Shown here piece by piece: positions 16,530 to 24,651 of a stretch of 28,984 nt of DNA (positions within the stretch are counted from its first letter, which is position 1; each line of letters begins with the position of its first letter). The stretch comes from Symploca sp. SIO1C2. GTDB taxonomy: Bacteria; Cyanobacteriota; Cyanobacteriia; Cyanobacteriales; Coleofasciculaceae. The stretch spans positions 64,001 to 92,984 of the forward strand of contig JAAHFP010000026.1 in assembly GCA_010672925.1 (NCBI GenBank). The letters run 5' to 3'. Below the pieces are notes generated by a model, which was not told the DNA's origin, did no database searches, and worked only from the letters and a program-made list of their open reading frames with translations. The translations under genes were made by a program, and so were the position numbers.

Positions 16530-16730
16530 GCTATGGGTGGGTTACGGTGGATAGTTAGGCAAATCCGCTTCTATTTCCCCCCTATATTCTGCCTCCGGCT
16601 CTCCTAGTTTTCTCAAGACAGGGGTTGCTCTCCCCGGATTTGTTTTACTCAGTAACTTGTTTTTCAATGAAATTCAACAATCATCCTGATATTTCTGAGA
16701 GTGGGGAAAAATGCCAACCGCTGAATCGAT

Positions 16731-16800
16731 TGTTTGTTGTTCGCTATTTGTCTGGTTGTACAAACAACAAATAACAAATAACAAATGACAAATCACAATC
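16731..16800. repeat. Imperfectly palindromic heptamer block (TTGTTTG-type then CAAACAA/ACAAATA-type) immediately upstream of the CHASE2-cyclase start
   Basis: The sequence reads tgtttgttgttcgctatttgtctggttgtacaaacaacaaataacaaataacaaatgacaaatcacaatc. Confidence 0.75.
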
Positions 16801-16810
16801 CAGGTAAGAT

Positions 16811-18772
16811 TTGATGATTTTTAGCAGCAATAAATCAGCATCCAAGCTTGTTAACTCTTGCAGTATATTATGGCGAAATATCACCACCAAAACCAAAAAA
16901 ATTGACCTAATTATTGCCAGCTTGTTGTTTACCGGATTGCTGCTAGGAGTAAGACAATTAGGCTGGCTACAACCGCTAGAACTAGTAGCTTTTGACCTTA
17001 TGGTTCGCATCCGTCCTGATGAAGAGCCAGACCCTAGGTTGCTAGTGGTAGGGATTACAGAGCAAGATATAGAAGCTCTCGGTCAATACCCGATATCAGA
17101 TGCAGTTTTAGCTCAAACATTAGCAAAATTATCCCAAAATCAACCGAAAGTTATCGGTTTAGATTTAGCTCGCAATATTCCGATTGAGCCCGGTTATCAA
17201 TCACTGGTAACTCAATTGCAAAATCCCAAAATTCTTGGTATTACTTTTATTGGTAACAGTGCTTTAGAAAGTGTACCACCTCCTCCAGAAATTACAGAAG
17301 AGCGCATTGGTTATAGCGATGTTTTGCTCGACCCCGATGGTGTAGCACGGCGTAACTCAATGTATACATCTACGGATACTACTAACATTTTATCCTTATC
17401 TCTTAAGCTGGCTCTTGCTTATCTGGCTTCCCATAATATTTCCCTCCAATTAACGGAATATCAGGAGCTACAGTTAGGTAATACAGTATTTCAGCCTTTA
17501 CTTGCTAATTCCGGAGGCTATCAACAGATTGATGACGGTGACTATCAAATTTTGCTCAATTATCGCTCAGCTGATAATGTAGCGCGACAAGTTACTTTAC
17601 AACAGGTTTTAAAGGGACAGATTGAACCAAGTTGGGTGAAGGATAAAATAGTGCTGATTGGTATTACTGCTCCTACGGTCAACGATTTATTTGATACTCC
17701 CTATAGTGTAGCTAAAACAGGAAATGCACAGATTCCTGGGGTAATGCTTCATGCACAGATGGTAAGCCAAATTCTCGGTGCAGTGTTGGACAATCGTCCC
17801 CTGTTTTGGTATTGGTCGGAATGGTTAGAGCTATTGTGGATTGCCCTATGGTCATCACTGGGGGGAGTTTTGGTCGCACGAGTTCGCCATCCTTTACTTT
17901 TATTACTCAGTGCTATTGCTGGGGTTGGTTGCCTCTGGGTTTGTGGGATATTGCTCTTACTTGAGGGAGGATGGATACCCTTAGCCGCACCCACTTTAAG
18001 CTTCTTACTCACTGGTATAATTGTAGGAGCTTACCAACTACAACAGTCCAAACAGCAAGAACAAATGGTGATGAGGCTCTTAGGGCAACAAACTTCACCA
18101 AAAATTGCTCAAGCTCTTTGGCAAGAACGCGATCGCTTATTAGAGTCAGGGTTATTACCAGGAGAAATCCTCACAGCTACTATGCTACTCACTGACCTGA
18201 AGGGTTTCAGCACCATCTCAGAAAAAATTTCCCCAGCAGTAGTAATGAGTTGGTTAAATGAATACTTGGCAGCGATGACTCAGGAAGTACAACAGCATCA
18301 GGGTATTATCAATAAGTTTACTGGTGATGGTATTCTCGCTGTGTTTGGAGTACCCGTACCCCGCACCACAAAGGAGGAGATCTCAGAAGATGCACAACAA
18401 GCCGTAGCTTGTGCTTTAGCCATTAGTCAGCGCTTAGAATCCCTGAATCGTAATTGGGAGACTCGTGGTTTACCAATAGTACAAATGCGGGTGGGTATTT
18501 TCACCGGTCCTGTGATGGTGGGTAGTTTGGGAAGTAAGGAACGTTTAGAATACGGCGTAATTGGTGACAGTGTTAATATTGCCTCCCGTTTGGAAAGTTG
18601 TGAGAAACACCGTCAACTCAGCAACTGCCGGATCTTGATTGCTAAAGAAACCCTAGTCTATCTCCAAGAGAAATTTCGAGTGGAGTCTTGGGGTTCTCTC
18701 TCTTTAAAGGGTAAACAGCAACAAATTGAAGTTTACCGTGTGTTGGGGAATTCTGATACTATCGAGAAATAA
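16811..18772 (+). CDS. CHASE2 sensor domain-containing class III adenylate/guanylate cyclase
   Basis: An N-terminal TM is followed by a roughly 300-aa periplasmic region and then three TM helices, which is the CHASE2 architecture. The C-terminal cyclase catalytic domain reads FTGDGILAVFGVP ... GVIGDSVNIASRLE. Confidence 0.8.
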   Translation: MMIFSSNKSASKLVNSCSILWRNITTKTKKIDLIIASLLFTGLLLGVRQLGWLQPLELVAFDLMVRIRPDEEPDPRLLVVGITEQDIEALGQYPISDAVLAQTLAKLSQNQPKVIGLDLARNIPIEPGYQSLVTQLQNPKILGITFIGNSALESVPPPPEITEERIGYSDVLLDPDGVARRNSMYTSTDTTNILSLSLKLALAYLASHNISLQLTEYQELQLGNTVFQPLLANSGGYQQIDDGDYQILLNYRSADNVARQVTLQQVLKGQIEPSWVKDKIVLIGITAPTVNDLFDTPYSVAKTGNAQIPGVMLHAQMVSQILGAVLDNRPLFWYWSEWLELLWIALWSSLGGVLVARVRHPLLLLLSAIAGVGCLWVCGILLLLEGGWIPLAAPTLSFLLTGIIVGAYQLQQSKQQEQMVMRLLGQQTSPKIAQALWQERDRLLESGLLPGEILTATMLLTDLKGFSTISEKISPAVVMSWLNEYLAAMTQEVQQHQGIINKFTGDGILAVFGVPVPRTTKEEISEDAQQAVACALAISQRLESLNRNWETRGLPIVQMRVGIFTGPVMVGSLGSKERLEYGVIGDSVNIASRLESCEKHRQLSNCRILIAKETLVYLQEKFRVESWGSLSLKGKQQQIEVYRVLGNSDTIEK

Positions 18773-18774
18773 TT

Positions 18775-18809
18775 TTAGATTTTAGATTTTAGATTTTAGA
18801 TTTTAGATT
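18775..18809. repeat. (TTTAGAT)n heptamer array
   Basis: The sequence reads tttagattttagattttagattttagattttagatt, directly after the cyclase stop. Confidence 0.85.
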
Positions 18810-18842
18810 GAATCAATAAAAGACCAAGGCTCCAAGGTTTTT

Positions 18843-18908
18843 AAGGGAAGCTGACTTGTTTCTTAATCTTCTGCTCTTCTTTGGGTGAACGAAATGTCGT
18901 GGGATTTC
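18843..18908. repeat. Dispersed repeat module (copy 3, rearranged)
   Basis: The block AAGGGAAGCTGACTTGTTTCTTAATCTTC matches 14948..14975. The block GGGTGAACGAAATGTCGTGGGATTTC is the reverse complement of the GAAATCCCAC..TTCGTTCACCC segment at about 14905..14932. Confidence 0.7.
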
Positions 18909-18911
18909 CAT

Positions 18912-18964
18912 TCTCCGCGTCCCCGCGTCTCCGCGTCCCCGCGTCTCCGCGTCTCCGCGTCTGC
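18912..18964. repeat. (CGCGTCY)n heptamer array
   Basis: The sequence reads ctccgcgtccccgcgtctccgcgtccccgcgtctccgcgtctccgcgtctgctc. Confidence 0.85.
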
Positions 18965-19079
18965 TCTTTTCCCCATACCCTGCTTCCTGAAAATCATTGA
19001 GGCTGTCTACCGGAAACTGATGAGGGAACTCTGAATACTTAAGTGAATTCTCTTAGGTAAGAAGTATCAAGGTAGGCAG

Positions 19080-19859
19080 ATGACTAGGACAAAGACTATA
19101 ACAACTGTAGGTAAACCCTATCTCACCTCACTGCTAAGTCTGTTTTTGTGTAGCTTGCCCATGCAGGCACTGGGGCAAGAAGTTAATCTAACAGTTCCAG
19201 AATTCAACAGAGGCACTAACCTGGAGGCTGCTTCTACTGTACAGGCACAACTACCGGATTTACCAAAGCGCCCACGGTCTGGCAGAAGGAAACCTGCTAG
19301 TGCGAGAGGACCATGTTCTCCTAGTGAAAAATCGATCACTGCTTTAATCCCCACCACCAACTTGGGGTTAACCACTAGAGCATATCCTACATTCTTTTTT
19401 TATGTTCCACCAACTCCTGCAACAGAAATGGAGTTTGTACTCATTGATGAAGAAAACCAGCGTCAGATTTACACAACTATTCTGAAGATTACTGGTAATT
19501 CTGGTATTGTTAGTTTAAATCTCCCTGCTACTGAAAATCTACCTCCTTTGGAAATAGAAAAAGAATATCATTGGTATGCTTCCCTAATTTGCAATCATCA
19601 ACAACGCTCTGGAGATATTTATGTAGATGGGTGGATTAAGCGAGTTGCCCCTGACTCACTTCTGATGGGTAAGTTAGAGAATACTTCCCTAACGGAGCAA
19701 ATTACTCTTTATCAAGAATTTGGTCTTTGGTACGATGCTCTCAAAGCTCTAGATGAGGCTCGCCGCTTGAATCCCGATGATTCAGCTTTAGTAGCGAAGT
19801 GGACAACTCTGCTGAAATCGGTAGGGTTAGAAGATATTGCCTACGAACCTCCGGTGTAG
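19080..19859 (+). CDS. Secreted DUF928-like protein
   Basis: The protein has a signal peptide and a basic Arg/Gly-rich stretch (KRPRSGRRKPASARGPCS) followed by a conserved-looking PTFFFYVP / W..L..G core. This resembles the cyanobacterial DUF928 family as I remember it. It is about 260 aa and is placed directly after a CHASE2 gene. Confidence 0.45.
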   Translation: MTRTKTITTVGKPYLTSLLSLFLCSLPMQALGQEVNLTVPEFNRGTNLEAASTVQAQLPDLPKRPRSGRRKPASARGPCSPSEKSITALIPTTNLGLTTRAYPTFFFYVPPTPATEMEFVLIDEENQRQIYTTILKITGNSGIVSLNLPATENLPPLEIEKEYHWYASLICNHQQRSGDIYVDGWIKRVAPDSLLMGKLENTSLTEQITLYQEFGLWYDALKALDEARRLNPDDSALVAKWTTLLKSVGLEDIAYEPPV

Positions 19860-19983
19860 GGTATGGGGAGTGTGGGGAGTGTGGTTTGTCAAGTAGTTAA
19901 TTTGTACGGCGAATTTGACCTGCTCCCGGCAGGATACCTGTTCCACAAGAAATTGATGAAGAGAATTTGGTGTGATATTGATG

Positions 19984-20958
19984 TCACGATTGGAGAGCTT
20001 TCAACTGCACTTCTGATAATCCCAATATTTGAGCAACTTCCTCAATTTTCATTCCTTTTTCTAGTAGATTTCGGGCAGCTTGCATTAATTGAGCCTCGGC
20101 TTGTTCCTTGGCAGCACGCTCCTGTTCTAACCGTTGCTCCGATTGCTCTAACCGTTGCTCCGATTGCTCTAACCGTTGCTCCGATTGCTCTAACTGTTGC
20201 TCCGATTGTTCTATATCAGTTAACAACCAGTTACCAGCTCGATCGCACCAGCGTAACCAATGACCAGGGACATTTTGAAATACTCCTTCCCAAATTCCCA
20301 AACCAATCTCTAAATCGGCGAACCAAACCATTGGGTTTCCTGGGTTGAGGGATTGTTCCTGATATTCTCCTTTCTCTAGCTTGAAATAGCGCAACTTTCG
20401 AGTGTAGCGGCTATAGACAATGTAGTGAGGAACCTGCAAATATTTCTCGTACACTTCTAGCTTGGCAGGGGTTTTGTTTTTAGTTTGTTTCGCTGATGCT
20501 GCCTTGGCTACCTTGGCAGTTTCATCATAAAAGCGTCCCAAATCCTCTACTTCCGTACCTGGAGACAAAAATTCAATGACCACATGAGGATTTCTGCCTT
20601 CCTGCCACACCACATAACTCCGCCGTAAGTCTTTTCCCTCATACAAATGAGGCACATCCAGCGCTAGAAACCAGTCGGGGCGTTTGTGCCACAGGGGATT
20701 GTTTAAATCATAGTAGACGTTAAGATCAGAAGCAGTAAAACAATTGTCACTCTCGTAATTGCTCAACTGGAGGCTGCGACTAAGAAATTGTGGTTGCAGA
20801 TCATGAAATTGATCGGGCAATCCTGGCTCCTCTGGATACTCACTGGGTAAATCGTACATCGTAGGCAGTGTTTCCCGGGGCAATGCTCCTGCACAGATAC
20901 TTTGTGAATGGGGAGAATCGACCTGTTCGAGTATTGGTTTGTAGTTGATGGAAACCAT
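19984..20958 (-). CDS. Uma2 family (DUF820) endonuclease-like protein with C-terminal (EQSEQRL)n coiled-coil repeat
   Basis: The motifs are TMYDLPSEYPEEPGLPDQFHDLQPQFL, VVIEFLSPGT, KYLQVPHYIVY and EYWI-like blocks. An ATG at 20958 with a GAGG RBS is preferred over the TTG at 20970. Confidence 0.7.
   Translation of the reverse strand: MVSINYKPILEQVDSPHSQSICAGALPRETLPTMYDLPSEYPEEPGLPDQFHDLQPQFLSRSLQLSNYESDNCFTASDLNVYYDLNNPLWHKRPDWFLALDVPHLYEGKDLRRSYVVWQEGRNPHVVIEFLSPGTEVEDLGRFYDETAKVAKAASAKQTKNKTPAKLEVYEKYLQVPHYIVYSRYTRKLRYFKLEKGEYQEQSLNPGNPMVWFADLEIGLGIWEGVFQNVPGHWLRWCDRAGNWLLTDIEQSEQQLEQSEQRLEQSEQRLEQSEQRLEQERAAKEQAEAQLMQAARNLLEKGMKIEEVAQILGLSEVQLKALQS
20131..20215 (-). repeat. In-frame 21-bp tandem repeat (about 4 copies, CCGTTGCTCCGATTGCTCTAA on the + strand) encoding EQSEQRL heptads
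   Basis: Direct reading shows near-identical 21-mers with single substitutions in the last copy. Confidence 0.85.
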
Positions 20959-21115
20959 AGTCAACCTCAACCTTTGCCTGATTACTAGTTTTATTCTATC
21001 TTATAGCAATAGCGTAACCCAACACTGGAGAGTATTCTGTTGGGTTTCACTTTGGTTACACCCAACCTACATTTTTAGGTGTGTCACGCTACTACTAACA
21101 CCTACCACCTACCAC

Positions 21116-22753
21116 CTACTGTACCGGAACTGTCCACCAAGCCAATCCATAGGGTTGGGATGACTCATTTTCCTGGCGCTGATACTGAACTCTGATTTTA
21201 TAGCGACCAGATTTAGGGACTTGGCAGAAAATATGTTCTACACTATCGACACGGCTAACAGAAGCACAGACACTTTTGCTAGTATTGTCTTCATCCGCTG
21301 GAACTAAAAACAGATCGAGATTATTTAAACCGCGATCGCGAAAATTTTCTCCCACATCGTAGATATTATTATCATTAGTATCTTCGAGTTCTACTATACG
21401 ATCCCAAGCTAGGGTTAGAGCCACAAAACTACCTTGTTTCAATGGTTGAGCTAATTGGTAGTCTTGGGAAGATGATTCCTCTACAGTATGATAATCCCAA
21501 CCTACTGGCGGTACTGCTGCCGTTGGATTCCACTGACCAGGGCTAAATTGCTGGTAAGCTCGGAAGACATTGAGATGTCCTGTACCCATCTGTATATCTA
21601 GGGGGATCTCAGGATTTTGGTAAGCATCGGAGTCTAACCAGTTGCGGCTATCTTTACCCTCCATAGTGCGGCTCATATTTAAATATAAGCCATCACCCCT
21701 ATCTTGGATTTTGTCAGCAGAGTTGAGTAATACTGCTTTCATGACTTCGTGGCGTCGGGAGTCTAGACTCCAGTTAAGGCCAGAAGGCAAAAGTTGGGTC
21801 TTACCTAAGAGAGTATCCTGCAAAGTGCGATCGCCATATTCTTGCAGCAGTGCTACCGAAGCTGTAATATGGGGGGCGGCAAAACTGGTACCACTTACTT
21901 CAACTACCTCACCTTCGAGGTCATAGACAGAGATTTTGCTTCCCGGTGCTACCAGACTAATGGCACGGCGAGGGCCAACATTAATTTCTCGGTTAATCAG
22001 GCGTCTGCCAATTCCTAAAGGTGCTGCACTTAAGTTAGCAAAGTCTACTTTAGTAAAGATTCCTTCTCGCTGGGTTGAGTAGGCAGTGGTAATACCATTA
22101 TAGTGATCCGTAGGGATGGGAATACCGCCGCTGCCCTGATTTCCCGCAATCACATAGAGAACATTGTGAACCCTGGCTGACCAATCGATACATTGAGTTA
22201 GTAGAGCATTACCATCCAGGATAGACTCACTCCTCGAATCTCGTTGGAGGGATTCCCCAAAGCTAAAGTTAATTGCTCTAACATCTCCCCCATTTTGCGA
22301 AGCCACATGTTGAGCCGAGAGACATTCTTCTGGTTGTCCACTTTTTAAAGGAGAACCTACCGCTGAGGCATAGAGTCTGGCTCCTGGTGCAACTCCTTTC
22401 AAGGTTTTATCATTACTAACCATTACCCCCGCCACCATTGCTGCATGGGGGTCAATATCGGTATCGGTTTTAGCCGGGGTATCCCTATAAAACACCTGGG
22501 CTGGAAGCAGTTTGTAATTCCAAGAAATTGCCTTGTCAATACCAAAGAATGAGGGTCTGCCAATTTCTACCTGACCAATAGCAATTTTACGACCAATTAA
22601 ATCATAGGGAGGTTGGTGTAACTGGTTGGCATTAATCCCCGCTTCTCCTAAGGAATCATCTAAAGCTTGAGCCGGTGCGATAAACCAGGAGGCACTCAAA
22701 CCCCAAATTAACCATGAGATTTTTTTTCCTATCTGCCGCTGAGTCAATGACAT
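21116..22753 (-). CDS. Secreted S8 family (subtilisin-like) peptidase
   Basis: The protein has a Sec signal peptide. The Ser motif is GTSFAAPHITASVALL, the oxyanion Asn block is VIAGNQG, and a subtilisin-like GVAPGARLYASAV block follows a His. An ATG at 22753 with a GGGAGA RBS is preferred. Confidence 0.75.
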   Translation of the reverse strand: MSLTQRQIGKKISWLIWGLSASWFIAPAQALDDSLGEAGINANQLHQPPYDLIGRKIAIGQVEIGRPSFFGIDKAISWNYKLLPAQVFYRDTPAKTDTDIDPHAAMVAGVMVSNDKTLKGVAPGARLYASAVGSPLKSGQPEECLSAQHVASQNGGDVRAINFSFGESLQRDSRSESILDGNALLTQCIDWSARVHNVLYVIAGNQGSGGIPIPTDHYNGITTAYSTQREGIFTKVDFANLSAAPLGIGRRLINREINVGPRRAISLVAPGSKISVYDLEGEVVEVSGTSFAAPHITASVALLQEYGDRTLQDTLLGKTQLLPSGLNWSLDSRRHEVMKAVLLNSADKIQDRGDGLYLNMSRTMEGKDSRNWLDSDAYQNPEIPLDIQMGTGHLNVFRAYQQFSPGQWNPTAAVPPVGWDYHTVEESSSQDYQLAQPLKQGSFVALTLAWDRIVELEDTNDNNIYDVGENFRDRGLNNLDLFLVPADEDNTSKSVCASVSRVDSVEHIFCQVPKSGRYKIRVQYQRQENESSQPYGLAWWTVPVQ

Positions 22754-22802
22754 ATCTCCCAATTGTTGTCCAACTGATGATGGTTACTGAGGCGTGAAAT
22801 TC

Positions 22803-22860
22803 TAGCTTATCTCAGTAAGTTTGAGCAAAACTCTTACTCTATGCTAGGTAAGATAAGCTA
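22803..22860. promoter_or_regulatory. Nested imperfect palindrome in the divergent S8-peptidase / AKR upstream region
   Basis: The outer arms TAGCTTATC / GATAAGCTA are 9 bp and perfect. The inner arms are CAGTAAG / CTTACTC. The element spans about 57 bp between two divergent gene starts. Confidence 0.35.
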
Positions 22861-22901
22861 GTCTTGTCCAAAAATTGGCCTGATTTATTCTTGGAGTTAC
22901 G

Positions 22902-23168
22902 ATGGAAACCAAACCCTTAGGCACCTCGGAGGTACACATCACCCCAATTATCATGGGTACTTGGCAAGCAGGTAAATCCATGTGGGTAGGCATTGAAGAT
23001 GCCGAAACGATTAAAGGGTTGCAAGCCGGATTTGAGGCAGGAATCACTACAGTTGATACGGCAGAAGTTTACGGTAAGGGTCACTCAGAAAAAATTGTGG
23101 GTAAGGCTCTAGCAGAGGTACGTGATCAAGTAGTTTTAGATGATAATCCAGTGATGTGGAATTTTTGA
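22902..23168 (+). pseudogene. Truncated aldo/keto reductase (N-terminal about 85 aa only)
   Basis: The N-terminus reads LGTSEVHITPIIMGTWQAG...GITTVDTAEVYGKGHSEKIVGKAL, which is a typical AKR start. The frame stops after 88 codons, whereas the AKR family is about 300 aa. No C-terminal remainder appears in any downstream frame. Confidence 0.65.
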
Positions 23169-23189
23169 GAGGTAGGTCGATTGTTGTCT

Positions 23190-23262
23190 GTAGGGGCGTA
23201 GCATTGGCGCTGGCACATTGCCAAAAAAATCCAAGTTTCTGTCCGCCAATGCTACGCCCTTC
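23190..23262. repeat. Inverted-repeat element copy 2: GGGGCGTAGCATTGGCG - 34 nt - CGCCAATGCTACGCCC
   Basis: The arms are 16/17 complementary and are the same arm sequence family as the elements at 9133..9200 and 26482..26560. It lies directly after the truncated AKR. Confidence 0.8.
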
Positions 23263-23295
23263 CAGGATTTATTCAATAGGTTTAAAACCTACCAC

Positions 23296-24030
23296 CTAAT
23301 CTCCTGACAAGAAGGGGACATTATTGCCTGCGGCAACAGTGACGGCAAAAGCAGCATCAGGATTGTCATCTTCATGATTCAGGATCAGCAAAAAGGAACC
23401 AGGTTTTACTCCATCCCAAAACAGCTTATGCCATTTTTCTGGCATAGAATCTGCTAGTTTTTTGCTTTCAAAATAAACTAAATGTACATTATTTCTAGCT
23501 GACAATTCTTTGACTTTTACTGAATCACTAGGCATAAAGGACATAGCTAGTTCTAAGGCTTCTTTTTGGCTGCGCTGCTTGCGGTCGGTTTGCTCAAATA
23601 ATAGAGAAATGTAGTAAGCTAGATCATCATCATAAGCAACATTAAGATAGTCATTTTTGTATCTACCAGATTGATCATCACCTAAGTTAAAACCGTGGAC
23701 AGTTTCAAAACTGGATCGTGTATCTCCTAATCCTGCTCGATTTATACTAATTGGGGTCGATACCTTAGTTGATATCGATGATTGAGAAACTTTTTTTATT
23801 ATTGGTTCTGAAGATGTTGGTGCAGAGGCAACGGGAGAAGGAGCGGGAGATATTTGTTGAGTTTTTGGCTGCACTGGGAAGAGATAACCCGACAGCATAA
23901 ACACCAAGATTGAGGAGAGATAACCCACAGCTCCCATAAATAGCATAGGAGGTAGGTAACCAATCAGCCTCATCAATAATATACCAGAAGATATAAGGAT
24001 AACTTTTTTAGGGCGTCGTAGTTTGAGCAT
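23296..24030 (-). CDS. Hypothetical membrane-anchored protein (AT-rich gene)
   Basis: Two N-terminal TM helices and a Pro/Ser/Thr-rich linker are followed by a globular domain of about 150 aa with no recognisable motif. The base composition is clearly more AT-rich than the neighbours. Confidence 0.5.
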   Translation of the reverse strand: MLKLRRPKKVILISSGILLMRLIGYLPPMLFMGAVGYLSSILVFMLSGYLFPVQPKTQQISPAPSPVASAPTSSEPIIKKVSQSSISTKVSTPISINRAGLGDTRSSFETVHGFNLGDDQSGRYKNDYLNVAYDDDLAYYISLLFEQTDRKQRSQKEALELAMSFMPSDSVKVKELSARNNVHLVYFESKKLADSMPEKWHKLFWDGVKPGSFLLILNHEDDNPDAAFAVTVAAGNNVPFLSGD

Positions 24031-24318
24031 TATTTCACCTATTGCGTTGACTACTAACCCACATTTCTGATGGACAAACCAACAATCCGTACAGTTAGAT
24101 ATTTAGTTATTCAATAGTGGGTAAATCAGTCATAAGGTATTGACACAGAATATTTACAGTGTTAGACGATTAATTAAAAAATTGAGTAATATGGGGGGAG
24201 TAAGTTATAGAAAGTGATTTCAAAAAGGTTAGGAAGAGATTAAAAAAAGTCTATAACTATTGAAGTATGACCTGAGAGCAGGTATGTAAGGTTTATTGTC
24301 CTAAGGAGATCTTGAGCC

Positions 24319-24510
24319 ATGACCAAACTACTCCAAGACGCAATCACCGCAGTTTCTGGATTGCCAGAATTAGACCAAGACGCGATCGCTAAAATTATTT
24401 TAGAAGAACTAGCATCTCAAAGGCGCTGGCAGGAAACCTTTTCTCAGTCGGAGGCGGAGGCTAAACTTGCTCTGTTAGAGGAGAAAGCGATATCTGAATT
24501 GAATGAGTGA
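24319..24510 (+). CDS. Small hypothetical protein (63 aa), antitoxin/addiction-module-component-like
   Basis: An AAGGAG RBS sits about 12 nt upstream of the ATG. The acidic helical sequence MTKLLQDAITAVSGLPELDQDAIAKIILEEL resembles small addiction-module component families. No partner toxin gene is adjacent. Confidence 0.45.
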   Translation: MTKLLQDAITAVSGLPELDQDAIAKIILEELASQRRWQETFSQSEAEAKLALLEEKAISELNE

Positions 24511-24558
24511 AGGTCGAAGGTCGAATTGGGAATTGGGAATTGGGAATTGGGAATTGAA
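24509..24558. repeat. (GAAGGTC)2-(GAATTGG)n heptamer array
   Basis: The sequence reads gaaggtcgaaggtcgaattgggaattgggaattgggaattgggaattg. The GAAGGTCGAATTG junction recurs at 28676..28688. Confidence 0.85.
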
Positions 24559-24651
24559 GATTAATGCACTTCCTAGATAAAAATGCTAAATAGGTACGTC
24601 GAAATACAGTAAACTATGTTACAAAACGTCAACTGAGGCCAAATCCTTACC

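Noticed and set aside
19863-20348. Antisense ORFs embedded in confident genes: 19863..20348 with the (TVAPIAL)n product, and 1291..1656, 2488..2730, 2739..2921, 4125..4448, 11486..11791, 17749..18012, 21642..21926, 25015..25206, 26843..27046, 27295..27774 and 27861..28088
   Set aside because: Each overlaps, on the opposite strand, a gene with strong family motifs. The products have no motifs and unusual composition. 19863..20348 is simply the antisense reading of the 21-bp coding repeat.
24594-24607. A GTA-N8-TAC NtcA-like motif (GTACGTCGAAATAC) upstream of ggt
   Set aside because: The motif is short enough to occur about a dozen times by chance in 29 kb. The spacing to the only nearby TAN3T box is about 8 nt instead of about 22 nt, and the ggt start is about 90 nt away. 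It is not a convincing NtcA-activated promoter.
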